From the NCBI GenBank assembly GCA_964016885.1, contig OZ024743.1:75082001-75146000 (forward strand): 64,000 nt of DNA. The letters run 5' to 3'. Under the pieces are notes generated by a model. It had not been told where the DNA came from and made no database searches. It worked only from the letters and a program-made list of their open reading frames with translations. The stretch comes from Eledone cirrhosa (taxonomy: Eukaryota). Both the position numbers and the translations under genes were made by a program. Every line of letters starts with the position of its first letter. Position 1 is the first letter of the stretch. Positions 29,383-44,679 of the stretch are shown here, piece after piece.

Positions 29383-29832
29383 TCTTCCTCTATATCTCTT
29401 TCTCACTTCCACTCTCACCCTCTCTATCCTTCTCTGGAAGAAATCTGCTGTATTCAGACCAAGAGAGGAGATGGGCTCTGCCAGGTTTTAAAAAGCTGTA
29501 TCAGTACGGCGTCCCTACGACTCCCTCAACAGTTACGGGTCTCTGCATGTATTAAAAAAGTTGTGGTTTGTTAGTGTTGGTTCTTGTTGTTGTTGTTGTT
29601 ATAGTGAGCTGTTAGGTTTACTGTTTCTGTTCTTGTTGTTGGTATTTTTATTGACTATTTAATTGTTGTTGTTGAAGTTGTAACTGGTATTTTTGTTATT
29701 TGTGGTCTTTTTCTTATTGTCTTTCATCACACCGTTCTTCCTGGTGTGGTGATTTCTTCATATATATATATGTACGTATGTGTGCATGTATATGTGTGTG
29801 TGTGCGTATGCGTGCGTGTGTGTATATACTTA

Positions 29833-29949
<117 letters not shown>

Positions 29950-29969
29950 TTATTAAAATAACAGATTAA

Positions 29970-30020
29970 AGTTTAAGCAAAGAATCGCTGCTTTCGCCCT
30001 TAACGGGATCTTCTGAAACT
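29970..30020 (-). ncRNA. Hammerhead-like motif with CAGAAGA core
   Basis: Minus strand agttt-CAGAAGA-t-ccc-gttaa-ggg-c-GAAA-gca-gcgattctt-tgc-TT-aaact; second partial copy at ~60944-60992 (+). Confidence 0.4.
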
Positions 30021-30069
30021 AACAAAGTCAATCTGTAAACGCAGAACTGGATATTTCAAAAAACGTTGC

Positions 30070-30770
30070 ATATATATATGAATGTATATATAGTGTATTT
30101 TGCAATACACTGTATGCTTAATTAAAAGCATTTCCAAGACCTTATGCTATTGTTTTAGAGTAGTGACAGACTCACTTACTTTAAATTTTCAGCAAACAGG
30201 GGGAGATAAAGCTGACAGAGCTATGTTTCGTACTGATTGGTACTTATCAAAGCCAAGTACCCCACCTGTTTGCTGAAAATCATGAATGTTTGATTCTTAT
30301 AGAATTTCTAGTAATAATCAGGAACTGATTATACAGAGCGGTTGCCGGTCAAGCAGAAATTGAAAATTAGAATTGGCGCTCTGAAATATTGCAAAATACA
30401 CTATATATACATTCATATATATATAGCTATTTCAGAGCGCCAATTCTAATTTTCAATTTCTGCTTGACCGGCAACCGCTCTGTATAATCAGTTCTTGATT
30501 ATTACTAGAAATTCTATAAGAATCAAACATTCATGATTTTCAGCAAACAGATGGGGTACTTGGCTTTGATAAGTACCAATCAGTACGAAATATAGCTCTG
30601 TCAGCTTAATCTGCCCCTGTTTGCTGAAAATTTAAAGTAAGTGAGTCTGTCACTACCCTAAAACAATAGCATAAGGTCTTGGAAATGCTTTTAATTAAGC
30701 ATACAGTGTATTGCAAAATACACTATATATACATTCATATATATAGCTATTTCAGAGCGCCAATTCTAAT
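30070..30770. mobile_element. Inverted dimer of a ~322-bp hammerhead-bearing monomer
   Basis: 30070-30386 is inverted relative to 30387-30770; right arm repeats its first ~60 bp (30389 and 30711). Confidence 0.8.
30210..30254 (-). ncRNA. Hammerhead, U3-A8 variant
   Basis: Minus strand gct-TTGATAA-gtac-caatca-gtac-GAAAC-atagctct-GTC-agc; inverted copy at 30562-30606. Confidence 0.7.
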
Positions 30771-30885
30771 TATATATATATATATATATATACATGAATA
30801 CATGATACATGAATGTGTATATGTAATATATGTGTCTGTGTGTATCCATGTATGTATGTATGTATGTATATATGTATGTATGTAT

Positions 30886-31493
30886 GTCAGGTCACCAGTT
30901 GGTGCTACTGGTAACATGTATGCCAGTACAACCTGTCTCATGGTCGGGTCGTTGGCGACTAAACTGGCAACCCCACCTAGGTTTCTTGGTGAGGAGGGTG
31001 GCTTTGGACATCCTGCAGGACTAAAAACAAAACCTGTCAAAAGGCAAAGGGGCTCTTAAGAGTCAATAGCCATCCAAAATCACCGGGAGAGATGACCCCT
31101 TAGCCTTTGTCAAGGCAGAATTCTAGGAGAAGGAAAACTCTGATATAACACCTGCAACCCTGATGGTATCCAATGATGTTGACTTGTTCTTCTTTTTGGT
31201 AAATATCATCTTGGTTAAGAGAGTGGGACTGGCTTTGTGCAGTGCCTTTGCTCACTATAAAAGCTTCACGGCACAGGCATTGCTTTATATCTGGAGATCT
31301 CTCTGCACTTGTCATCACATGGTACCATGGGCCCAGCACTATGTGTCAATAATTGTCACAAGTGTAGTGTTTGTACCAGAGTTTTCAAGTCGCTGGCTGG
31401 ACTAAAAAGTCACACTCGTTCAGCGCATCGGTGGGGGTTCTCCTACATGGATATAAAGTAGTGGCCGTACTCGAAAACGAGTAGGCAGCCACC
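30886..31493 (+). mobile_element. ~600-bp non-autonomous retroelement (RTE-like 5' UTR) within (TATG)n
   Basis: Near-identical inverted copy at 34826-35426; GGAGAAGGAAAACTCTGA motif resembles RTE 5' regions; TATG repeats on both sides. Confidence 0.65.
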
Positions 31494-32016
31494 ATGTATA
31501 TATGTATGTATATATGTTGTTGCTGGGTTACTGTTGTCGTTGGTGGTGATGTTATTCATGTTGTTGATATTGTTGTCATTGTTTTTGTTTGTTGTTGTTA
31601 TTATTGTTGCACAGCTTCTCCATTAATATATTCACTGTCCGTAGAAGAAATCGTCGTTTACAATGCAAATTGATTATTGTGACGGACATGTATCGTCTGC
31701 CATGTATTTCTGATGCTTCGTTAACGTGTGTGTTGCAGTTGATATTTGATAAGAGTGAACATTCTCACAGGACGTATAAACTACTCCGGTTACAGCTAGC
31801 CACAAGTCCTCGCAGTCTCATAATAAACATACCCTGAAAACCTGTTTCATTGCTTAGCACGCACATATGCTAATTACTCCCTCACGACGACCAGAGCCGT
31901 ATATCTCTCTCACTTTCTAGATCATTCTCTTGTTCCGAGACATACAACATGAGGCAGCCATGTTCAGAGTTTGCTTTTACTTTCGTTAACATATACATAA
32001 ACACATAAGCACAGAT

Positions 32017-33460
<1,444 letters not shown>

Positions 33461-33507
33461 GATGAGATTCTACAGGACTAGAACTGTTTCATTCTTTAGA
33501 AATCATC

Positions 33508-33598
<91 letters not shown>

Positions 33599-33849
33599 TG
33601 GGGGAGAGTGAAAAAGTGATATAGAGGAAGAGTCGACCCCAGTACTAGACTGGTACTTTTTTACTACAAAGTTGATCTCGACGGGATTTGAACTCAGAGA
33701 GCAGAGAACCGAAATAAATAACACAAATCATTCTACCTGACGTTGTAACAACTCTGTCAATTGGCACCCATTTATCATAGCATCCCTAGTTATAATGATG
33801 TGTCTATAGTAAGAAGCTATATACATACATTTTTATGACTTCTATACAA

Positions 33850-34440
33850 TGCCAGACAATGGATGTAGTCATTAAAATATCCAAAGTTTCTAACTCTGTT
33901 AAAATAGGATTTCCCACATCCACTTGAATACAACAAACTCTTCAACACCAGTAAGGTTAGGGTAAGCTATTTATTATTCTATAACATTTCTTCCAATATT
34001 ACAGGCAGCAACCAAACCCCCTACACCCCAGAAAAACCTTCTAACAGCCGATTTATACATTTAAAAATTTCTCAGTCAGAACACTTAGAACATAGTTTCT
34101 CTCCTAAACCGTTGCTATATACAGCATTGATAACATCATCGGAGAGTTATAGAACAGAATTATGTAAAAGTATCGCCTCTAAGACATTCAGAAGCTGATA
34201 TTATTAACATGTAAGGACATTCCGAGCAATGAAGAAGGAAAAAACCACACATCACTATCTCAAATCATCTGGAATCATAAGCACAGTGGTTACGAACGTA
34301 CCCCAATAGCATGAAATATTGTCGGAAAAATCTCTTTATATTCTGGGATACCATTTATACGCAGGCAAGCACTGCAGGAAATTGTTTGCTTGGAAAAACA
34401 ATGCACTAAATCATATTCCATTATGATATAAACGCCTTAA
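33850..34440 (+). pseudogene. Decayed Penelope-like linker/endonuclease fragment
   Basis: NKLFNTSKVRVSY resembles the PLE linker KIFN..TVKVSY; downstream very degenerate. Confidence 0.4.
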
Positions 34441-34825
34441 AATTAAGGTATTTACCTGCATTTACCACATAAGACGTACACATAAAAATACACACATAGA
34501 CACAAAAACACACATATATACATACACTCAAATACACACCCATATACACATACATACACACACACAAACTCACACACACATACACACAAAAAGAGTCAGG
34601 TATATACACACCAACACGCAAACACATACACACATACACACGCACAGGCACACAATCACACGCAAACCTACAAATGCATACATAAACGCATTTACATAAT
34701 TAAATGTTGTGGGGAAAATGTTTAAGGCCCAACATTGATTTAAAGGCAGGAAAGAAAACATATATGCATACATACATACATACATACATACATACATACA
34801 TACATACATACATACATACATACAT

Positions 34826-35426
34826 GGTGGCTGCCAACTCGTTTTCGAGTACGGCCACTACTTTATATCCATGTAGGAGAACTCCTACCGATGCGCTGAA
34901 CGAGTGTGACTTTTTAGTCCAGCCAGCGACTTGAAAACTCTGGTACAAACAGTACACTTGTGACAATTACTGACACATAGTGCTGGGCCCATGGTACCAT
35001 GTGACGACAAGTGCAGAGAGATCTCCAGATATAAAGCAATGCCTGTGCCGTGAAGCTTTTATAGTGAGCAAAGGCACTGCACAAAGCCAGTCCCACTCTC
35101 TTAACCAAGATGATATTTACCAAAAAGAAGAACAAGTGAACATCATTGGATACCATCAGAGTTGCAGGTGTCATATCAGAGTTTTCCTTCTCCTAGAATT
35201 CTGCCTTGACAAAGGCTAAGGGGTCATCTCTCCCAGTGATTTTGGATAGCCATTGACTCTTAAGAGCTGCTTTGACAGGTTTTGTTTTTAGTCCTGCAGG
35301 ATGTCCAAGGTCACCCTCCTCACCAAGAAACCTTGGTGGGGTTGCCAGTTTAGTCGCCAACGACCCGACCATGAGATAGGTTGTACTGGGATACATGTTA
35401 CCAGTAGCACCTACTGGTGACCTGAC
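34826..35426 (-). mobile_element. Second copy of the ~600-bp (TATG)n-embedded element
   Basis: Reverse complement of 30886-31493; (TACA)n on both sides. Confidence 0.75.
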
Positions 35427-35638
35427 AATACATACATACATACATACATACATACATACATACATACATACATACATAATACATACATACATAATACATA
35501 CATGTGATATGAGAGAGCGTGTGTGAAAACCAAATAAAAATTTTGAATGCGAAATTAATCTGTAATAAATATATACAAATATAATATATATATATATACA
35601 AATATATTACATATACACAAATAAATATATATAGATGT

Positions 35639-35697
<59 letters not shown>

Positions 35698-35960
35698 TTT
35701 GTTTGTTTGTATATTACATATATACAAATACATTACATATATATACATATATATATATATATATAATATATTTGTGTATATGTATTATATGTGTATATGT
35801 GTAATATATTTGCATATATACACACACATATATATATATATATATATATGTATCTATATATATATATACATATATATGTGTGTGTGCGTATATATATATA
35901 CAAATATATTACATATATACAAATATTTTACATACATACACACACACACATATATATATA

Positions 35961-36024
<64 letters not shown>

Positions 36025-36107
36025 AATATATTACATATATAGAAATATAATACATATATACAAATATATTACATATATACAAATATTTTACATATATAGA
36101 CACACAA

Positions 36108-36183
<76 letters not shown>

Positions 36184-36274
36184 GAGGTGAGTTTTATTGT
36201 ATCACAATAAAGCAATGCAAATATCGGATAAGTACCACTCCACAGTTTATAGGACTGGAGTATAAATAATATAA

Positions 36275-37745
36275 AATCAAAAGATGGTTAAAAGAGTTCC
36301 AAGTATTTTATTATGCGCATTTCAAAAACAAATATCATCATGGGATGATATTTGCGTTTTCATCAGATAAAATAGGGAGACATGATATGAAGCTTAAAAA
36401 ACACTTGCGGGCAGTGAAGTGTTAAATCAACATATGGAAAATAAAGTAAGATGGATATATGAGATTGGCAAAAGAAAAGGAGGGGGGGTAGGAAAAGTAA
36501 GGAAGAGGAAGAAAGAAAAGGATGACGGGGGAGGTGTATAAGAAGGAAGGATGAGAGAGGAGGAGAAATGAGTGATAGAGAGAGAGAAATAGCCTTTAAA
36601 ACAGAGAAAAACATTGTCTCACAGAGAGAAATTAAAAAACCGTTGAAAGATAATAGTTAATTTTAAAAGATTTTGAAATTAAAAGTTAAAAGTTAATGAG
36701 GTTTATGAATGGTGATGTTTATGATTAAAGAAAAGGGAATTAAGAGAGGTATTTATTTAAGGTTTATATATTGAAGGGTTTAATAATATGTGCGAAAAAA
36801 GAATTTATTAATATGTATTATTAAAATAAAAGTATGAAGGATATAATATGAGTGAATGAGAGATTAAATGAGTTATGAATTTAGCGGAATTAATTACGGT
36901 TTAAGTTTGTTTTTATGTATTGTAATATGTAAAAGTAAGGAAGAAAAATATATAACGTCAAAAAATATATATATGTTTACAAAATTTACTAATGGTAATA
37001 TTATTATATATTAAGAAAAATATAGTTTGTATGGCCAAGAATATAAGGGAAAATGAAAAATGCTATAGTGAGTAATAATATGAATTAAGAAGTAATTGAG
37101 AAGTAAAAGTTACAGATTAAAGATTAGAAATTAAAAAAGAGAAGAAAGGAAGAAAGGAAAAAGGATAAAAAGAAGAAAGATAGGGGATCACAACGACATA
37201 GAATGAGTAAATTGTATAATATAATATACTAAAATAAGGTAGAAAGATGGGTATATTTGTAAAAGATATAAAAGCGTTTGAGAAAAGAAGATTTTAAAAC
37301 TAATTAGGTTTTGAGATATTAGCTGTATACTTTATGGAAAGTTCAAGCAGAGCGAAAATAAATCCGTACGTCTATTTATTATAGAATTAAAATTGGATAT
37401 AATGGTAAATTTCTCGGCTAGGCAGAGATTACATGTTCTGGATAGGGAAGAATTCTGGTAAGGAAAGGCGTTGCAAACCTTCCTCCAAGAGATGTTATAG
37501 TTAATATTTTTATCTTTTAAGGACCCTATGAGTTCCGAGAGTGCCGTGTTAGTTCTTTTAAGTTGGTATTTAAAAGGCGAATTGAGATTATAAAATCTTG
37601 CTTTAAAGGAAGTGGAAGTGGAACCGAAATAGGTAAAAGAATTAGTACCAGTTATAACCTTGCACTAAGTTTTTATCAAGACATTGGTTATTAAGAGGAC
37701 ATTTAGTTCTAACAGTGCAATTACAATTACGATTAGAGAAAATTA
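36275..37745 (-). mobile_element. Penelope-like element 3' end: GIY-YIG remnant, long 3' UTR and hammerhead
   Basis: Minus strand 37340-37735: RNCNCTVRTKCPLNNQCL...TYFGSTSTSFKARFYN...TALSELI...CNLCLAEK...INRRTDLFSLC; hammerhead at 36306-36372. Confidence 0.8.
36306..36372 (-). ncRNA. Type I hammerhead with long hairpin stem II
   Basis: ttttat-CTGATGA-aaac-gcaaatatcatc-ccat-gatgatatttgt-tttt-GAAA-tgcgca-TA-ataaaa. Confidence 0.7.
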
Positions 37746-38052
37746 CCAGAGTTATTTAAAATCTTTTCTCAAACGCTTTTATATTTTTTACAAATATACC
37801 CATCTTTCTACCTTATTTTAGTATATTAAATTATACAATTTACTCATTCTATGTCGTTGTGTTCCCCTATCTTTCTTCTTTTTATCCTTTTTCCTTTCTT
37901 CCTTTCTTCTCTTTTTTTAATTTCTAATCTTTAATCTGTAACTTTTACTTCTCAATTACTTCATAAATCATATTATTACGCACTATAGCATTTTTCATTT
38001 TTCCTTATATTCTTGGCCATACAAACTATAATTTTCTTAATATATAATAATA

Positions 38053-39763
38053 CTAGCAGAGGTACCCGGCGTTGATCGGATATTAAATAGCAATTGTGTA
38101 TACCATTTATGTCAATACTTCAGTGCTGCTTCGAAAACTACTTTTACAAAGTCATCGGCTTTTTCCAAAAGCGGGTTCCTGCCCCCAGGGGTCCCCTACC
38201 CAATATGTGCCAATTCTGAGAGTTCACATTCATCTGTAGGACAAACGTAGCCCATGTGTCAAGTTTTGTGAAAATCGGTTGCGAACTCCAGAAGTTATGA
38301 CGTGTTGTTGCATTGCACTGCAGTGCTTCAGTCGACTCCAAGGAAGTGGTTAAAGTGATTAAAGGGGTTATCTGCCGGGGGCCCTATAATCAATATCTGG
38401 AAAAATGACAATGCCCATGACCATCCGGAGTACATAAGTAACCTATGTCTTAAGTTTGGTGAAAATACTGTAGAAATGCATAAGGTTTATACATACGCGC
38501 GTGCGTTCGTGTGTGTGTGTGTATGTGTGTGTGTGTGTGTTTGTGTGGGGGGGGGTTATGTATTTGTGTGTGTGTATGTATGTGTATGTCCGTCGGGGCA
38601 TACGTATGTACTGGCCTAAATCTTCACTATTTACTTTTACTATTTTAATAACCTCTGTCATTTTCGTTTTCAATTTTATTTACATCATTCTTAAACTCCG
38701 GGGCTGGAAATGATTGTTATTTTAAATAGAATATTAGTCTAACGACTCCATTTATACCATAAACTTGGTCTTGTCTTTGCATGAAATTGTTCTTCACGCT
38801 CCACATAACGACGTATTATCCTCGCTTTTTTCCCGTTCATTGCCAGGGAACGTCTTAACGAACCAAAATACCGTCTTCCTGTTTTCGTTCGGTTGCAACG
38901 TTTCTCAAAATATTTACTTCTGCGTTCACAGATTACTCTCAGTTCAATTTGAATGGGAAATTCCTGTTTCATCGATTTTCTCCGTAACCATGGAAGCTTG
39001 TAGCTTGAAAGTCGACCCAACGCCTCCTCGGGTCATTTTGTATAACTGTGTAAATTTTCGCTGCATTCCACCAAGCCGTTTCGACGTTTATCCGACTACA
39101 CCTACATATACAACGTCCGACCACTTCCAATTTATATAGTAGATTTGTTTATATATGAATGACAAAAAGAAAAGTACAAAACTATACATGAATTGTTTCT
39201 ACTAAACCTTCAATTTAAGACACAACCTACATATTTGATAGGACTCCAGCTCACACCTTCTTCTTCTTCTTCTTCTTCTTCTTCTTCTTCTTCTTCTTCT
39301 TCTTCTTCTTCTTCTTCTTCTTCTTCTTCTTCTTTTGCTCCCCCTGGAACATTGGGCTGCGAGCCACCCCCACACAACGCCATGTTCTGAGTCTTCTTTT
39401 CAACTCCACCGTAATGCACAGTGCGTCATGGTGTATCTAACCATATTTTTAGGTCTTACTACGGCTGATTTCTTCCAGAGAGAAAGAAAGAGATGGAAAA
39501 AGGCAGAGAAGATTCATCCCCGGAGGAATAATAAAAAATGTTTACACTGCACATTTCATTTTTTCAAAGCTAAAGCTGCCGATCCAAAATCAGTAATTCA
39601 ACTCCCTGAAAACTTTCAAATATATGCTGTTCTAGCATGAATATTATGCTAAGGGGCAGCTGCCCACAAAGTAAGATTTACTTGCATATCCCTGCTCATA
39701 TAAACACATAAATACATGCATACATACATTACAGTTGATATTTTTTTTTATTAAAGCGTTTTC

Positions 39764-39859
<96 letters not shown>

Positions 39860-40161
39860 CGAAACATAAGTCAATTGCATGAACTCATAATCCTTTATTT
39901 ACTGCTTTATTTGTATGAAAATGTAAATAAGACAAAAGTATTAGAACAGGGGTAAATAACTCACCGAACGCGATAGTAAATAGTTTGGGGGCCCCAGGGA
40001 CCACATTTTTCAAGTTAGAGATTTGAAACCTCGTCTATTTGCTTCCTTGGCACTTTTTACATAGGTGTGTAAATTTTCATGTCCGTCCGACCACGTCTAC
40101 TACCATTTAACCGTGCACAACTGAATTTCAACCACCACCCATTTCACAAATATATATTAGA
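38053..40161 (-). mobile_element. Non-autonomous Helitron (composite)
   Basis: Minus strand A|TCTAATATA...CCGATCAACGCCGGGTACCTCTGCTAG|T; no TSD; empty site GGTAA|TATTATT at ~36994-37005; second TC start at 39143. Confidence 0.85.
39258..39470 (-). mobile_element. LINE 3' end with (GAA)n tail, inside the Helitron
   Basis: Short unique segment ending in a long (GAA)n run on the minus strand. Confidence 0.45.
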
Positions 40162-40806
40162 TTACCATTAGTAAATTTTGTAAACATATATATTTTTTTT
40201 TTTCCTAAAACTTTCTTCTTTCTTCTTTCCTTCTGTGCTCGTATTAAACCTATTATCTACTTTTACATATTACAATACTTAAACCCTAACTAATTCCTCT
40301 AAATTCATAACTCATTTAATCTCTCATTCACTCATCCTTCATACTTTTATTTTAATAATACATATTAATAAATTCTTTTTTCGCACATATTATTAAACCC
40401 TTCAATATATAAACCTTAAATAAATACCTTCCTTAATTCCCTTTTCTTTAATCATAAACATCACCATTCATAAACCTCATTAACTATTAACTTTTAATTT
40501 CAAAATCTTTTTAAATTAACTATTATCTTTCAACGGTTTTTTAATTTCTCTCTGTGAGACAATGTTTTTCTGTTTTAAAGGCTATTTCTCTCTCTCTATC
40601 ACTCATTTCTCCTCCTCTCTCATCCTTCCTTCTTATACTCCTCCCCCCGTCATCCTTTTCTTTCTTCCTCTTCCTTACTTTTTCCTACCCCCCCCCCCCC
40701 TCTTTTTTTCCATATCTCAAATATCCATCTTACTTTATTTTTCATATGTTGATTTAACACTTCACTGCCCGCAAGTGTTTTTTAAGCTTCATATCATGTC
40801 TCCCTA

Positions 40807-40873
40807 TTTTATCTGATGAGAACGCAAATACCATCCCATGATGATATTTGTTTTTGAAATGCGCATAATAAAA
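40807..40873 (+). ncRNA. Type I hammerhead (inverted partner of 36306-36372)
   Basis: ttttat-CTGATGA-gaacgcaaataccatcccatgatgatatttgttttt-GAAA-tgcgca-TA-ataaaa. Confidence 0.7.
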
Positions 40874-40905
40874 TATTTGGAACTCTTTTAACCATCTTTT
40901 GATCT

Positions 40906-41011
<106 letters not shown>

Positions 41012-41204
41012 ATATATATGTGTGTATATATATACAAATATAATACATATATACAAATATATTACATATACACAAATATATTACATGTATACAAATATAT
41101 TACATATATACAAATATATTACATATACACAAATATATTACATGTGTACAAATATATTACATATATACTAATATATTACATATATATACATTTATATATA
41201 TATG

Positions 41205-41235
<31 letters not shown>

Positions 41236-41246
41236 ATATGCATATA

Positions 41247-41364
<118 letters not shown>

Positions 41365-41931
41365 GTGTATATATATATACAAATATATTACATATATACA
41401 AATATATTACATGTACACAAATCTATTACATATATACTAATATATTGCATATATATATGTATATACATCATCATCATCATCATCGTCATTTTACGTCTGT
41501 GTGTGTATATATTACATATATACTAATATAATGTGTATATATTACATATATACTAATATAAAACAAACTTTACTCATAATAATTATACAGGAATCACTGC
41601 CTGTAAACCAACCCACGCTACCGCCTACATATTGTTCCGGAAATGGAGTTTGTGAACAATCATTACAATTATCACACATGTTTACATTAATATTATATCG
41701 GCTCATGAATATTAATTCCATAGTCATTAAAAACAATAAAGTCACAGTTTCTTCCTACTTCTCTCCCCTTTAAACCTCATCCGCCATTTTGTACGATCTC
41801 TCTAGAACCCTATAAACATGCTGCCTTATTGAGTATTCAAGTTCAGGGCTTCTAAGTGAATTCCTTACATCTTATGGACGCTCAGTATAAGTTTTACACG
41901 GAAAAATCGATTATCGATAGTAGATGTACAC

Positions 41932-42239
41932 ATTTGAAAAGTATTTTCCCCTATTTTGTTTGTTTCTATTAACTTTAACCAATGGGTTCACTCCTCGCCA
42001 TAATGAAAATAATGAAACAAGCAAATAAATAGAAATATATACATGTGTGTGTATTGTGTGTATATGTGTATATGTATGTGTGTATATGTATGTATAGATG
42101 TATATATATATATGTATGTATGAATGTACGTATGTATTATATATGTATGTGTGTATGTATGCATGTATGCATTTATATATGTATATATGGATGGATGGAT
42201 GTATATATGTATATATAAATATATATATATATGTTTGTA

Positions 42240-42298
<59 letters not shown>

Positions 42299-42707
42299 AT
42301 AATGTTTGTATATATGTTTATATATATAAGTATATATATATATATATATAGTGAAAATATAAAAATACTAAGTATAAAATATAAATAAGTATTGATGGTT
42401 GTTTTATTACATGTTAAATACTTGCCTAAACATGTGTGCGTGTGTTTGTGTGCATGTGGGTGTATGTATGTGTGTGTTTGCGTTTATTTGCATGTGTGTG
42501 TATGTATTTGCATGTTAGTGTATGTGTGCATTTTTGGGCATGTATATATATATATATATATATTGTTATACTTCGGAGGGCCATGCTGTCAATATATATA
42601 TAATTGATTTTTTTTTTTCTTCCTCCTGATGGAGAAATATATTCCGTGTTTGCCTGGCTTTCGGAAGATCTTTCGCTAAAGTATTACTACTATTACTACA
42701 ACTAGTA

Positions 42708-42788
<81 letters not shown>

Positions 42789-43016
42789 ATGAACAACACT
42801 AAATACTACTATCTATCTTTAAGATCAATACACTACACCATCGCCATTAAAATCAGTACTAACATTACATGCAACAATAACAACAACAACAGCAACAACA
42901 AGCACAACAACAACAACAGCAACAACAACCACAACAACAACAGCAACAACAACTTATTCACACTTTAGGCATTTTTTCTCTAGAGCATTTACTCTTTCTA
43001 TATACGTATATATTTA

Positions 43017-43067
<51 letters not shown>

Positions 43068-43204
43068 TCAATATATATATATGTATGTATATATGTATAT
43101 ATACGTAAATTACATAAATATATACATATATATAAATGTGTCTACATATATATACATTTATGTATGTATATATACATTTATATATATACACATGTATATA
43201 TATA

Positions 43205-43257
<53 letters not shown>

Positions 43258-43278
43258 TTATATATTTGTGTGTGTATG

Positions 43279-43321
<43 letters not shown>

Positions 43322-43686
43322 GTATATATATATATATATATATTTGAAAAGTATTTTCCCCTATTTTGTTTGTTTCTATTAACTTTAACCAATGGGTTCC
43401 CTCCTCGCCATAATGAAAATAAGGAAACAAGCAAATAAATAGAAATATATACATGTGTGTGTATTGTGTGTATATGTGTATATATATGTGTGTATATGTA
43501 TGTATACATGTATATATATATGTATGTATGCATGTACGTATGTATTATATATGTATGTGTGTATGTATGCATGTATGCATTTATGCATGTATGTATGGAT
43601 GGATAATGTATATATGTATATATAAATATATATATATATATGTTTGTATATATGTGTATATATATATATATGTTTGTATATATGTG

Positions 43687-43728
<42 letters not shown>

Positions 43729-43740
43729 AATGTGTGTGTA
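41932..43740. repeat. Direct duplication of ~370-400 bp
   Basis: 41932-~42300 recurs at 43341-~43740, including the microsatellite pattern. Confidence 0.8.
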
Positions 43741-43772
43741 TATATATATATACAGACGAATATAGTTATATT

Positions 43773-43820
<48 letters not shown>

Positions 43821-44312
43821 CAAATATAGTTATATTTAAATATATACATATATCTAAATGTCTCCATGTATTTATGTGCATATATATATGTGTGTATGTA
43901 TATATATATATGTATATATGTATATATATATATATAAATATATATATATATATGTGTGTGTATATATATGTATGTGTGTGTGTGCACGCGTGTGTGCGTG
44001 TGTGAGCGTGTGTCTATGTATGAATATATTGTATGTATTTTTATATGTATATATATAGTTTTTACTTGAAAGTGACTATTTATTTCTGCTGGGTTCTGTT
44101 AAATGTTCCAGAAATCAATTCCAAGACATGTGGCATTAGATTTGTATTTGTTATTCATGAATCCCCCTCCACGTAGCCTCCGCCGTCCATGGTTGATGTG
44201 CCTGTCGACCTTACAAATGATAATTACTGTAATCTCCCTCCAAAGGTCAGCCTCGTCAGTTTACTTTCTATTCCAATGAGGAATACAGAATCATGAACAG
44301 ACACGCTCCTAC

Positions 44313-44359
<47 letters not shown>

Positions 44360-44442
44360 AGTGTGTGTGTGTGTGTCTGTGTGTGTATACATGTATATAC
44401 ATATATTTAAACATGCATATATATATATATGTATATGCATGC

Positions 44443-44473
<31 letters not shown>

Positions 44474-44514
44474 CAGAGATGCGAGAAAAACCACAAACCT
44501 TCCATCTCAATTCT

Positions 44515-44552
44515 ACTTTTGAAAAGCATAAAAACTGTGAAACCGGTAAAGG
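44515..44552 (+). ncRNA. Minimal hammerhead-like motif, U3-A8 variant
   Basis: actt-TTGAAAA-gca-taaaaac-tgt-GAAAC-cg-GTA-aagg; same family as 2132-2169. Confidence 0.5.
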
Positions 44553-44679
44553 AAATAAATATTCTTAATAAGACTCCAGTTGCATGTTTTCCTTATACTT
44601 TCACTCGTGTATGACATCTCTTTTTTTTTTTTGTTTTTTTTGTTTTTTCATTTTCAAAAAAACCTCATTTTCTTGGAAT

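Noticed and set aside
36500-37300. AT-rich, strand-skewed stretch resembling a mitochondrial insertion
   Set aside because: No mitochondrial gene motifs; lies between a PLE endonuclease remnant and its hammerhead, so it reads as a 3' UTR
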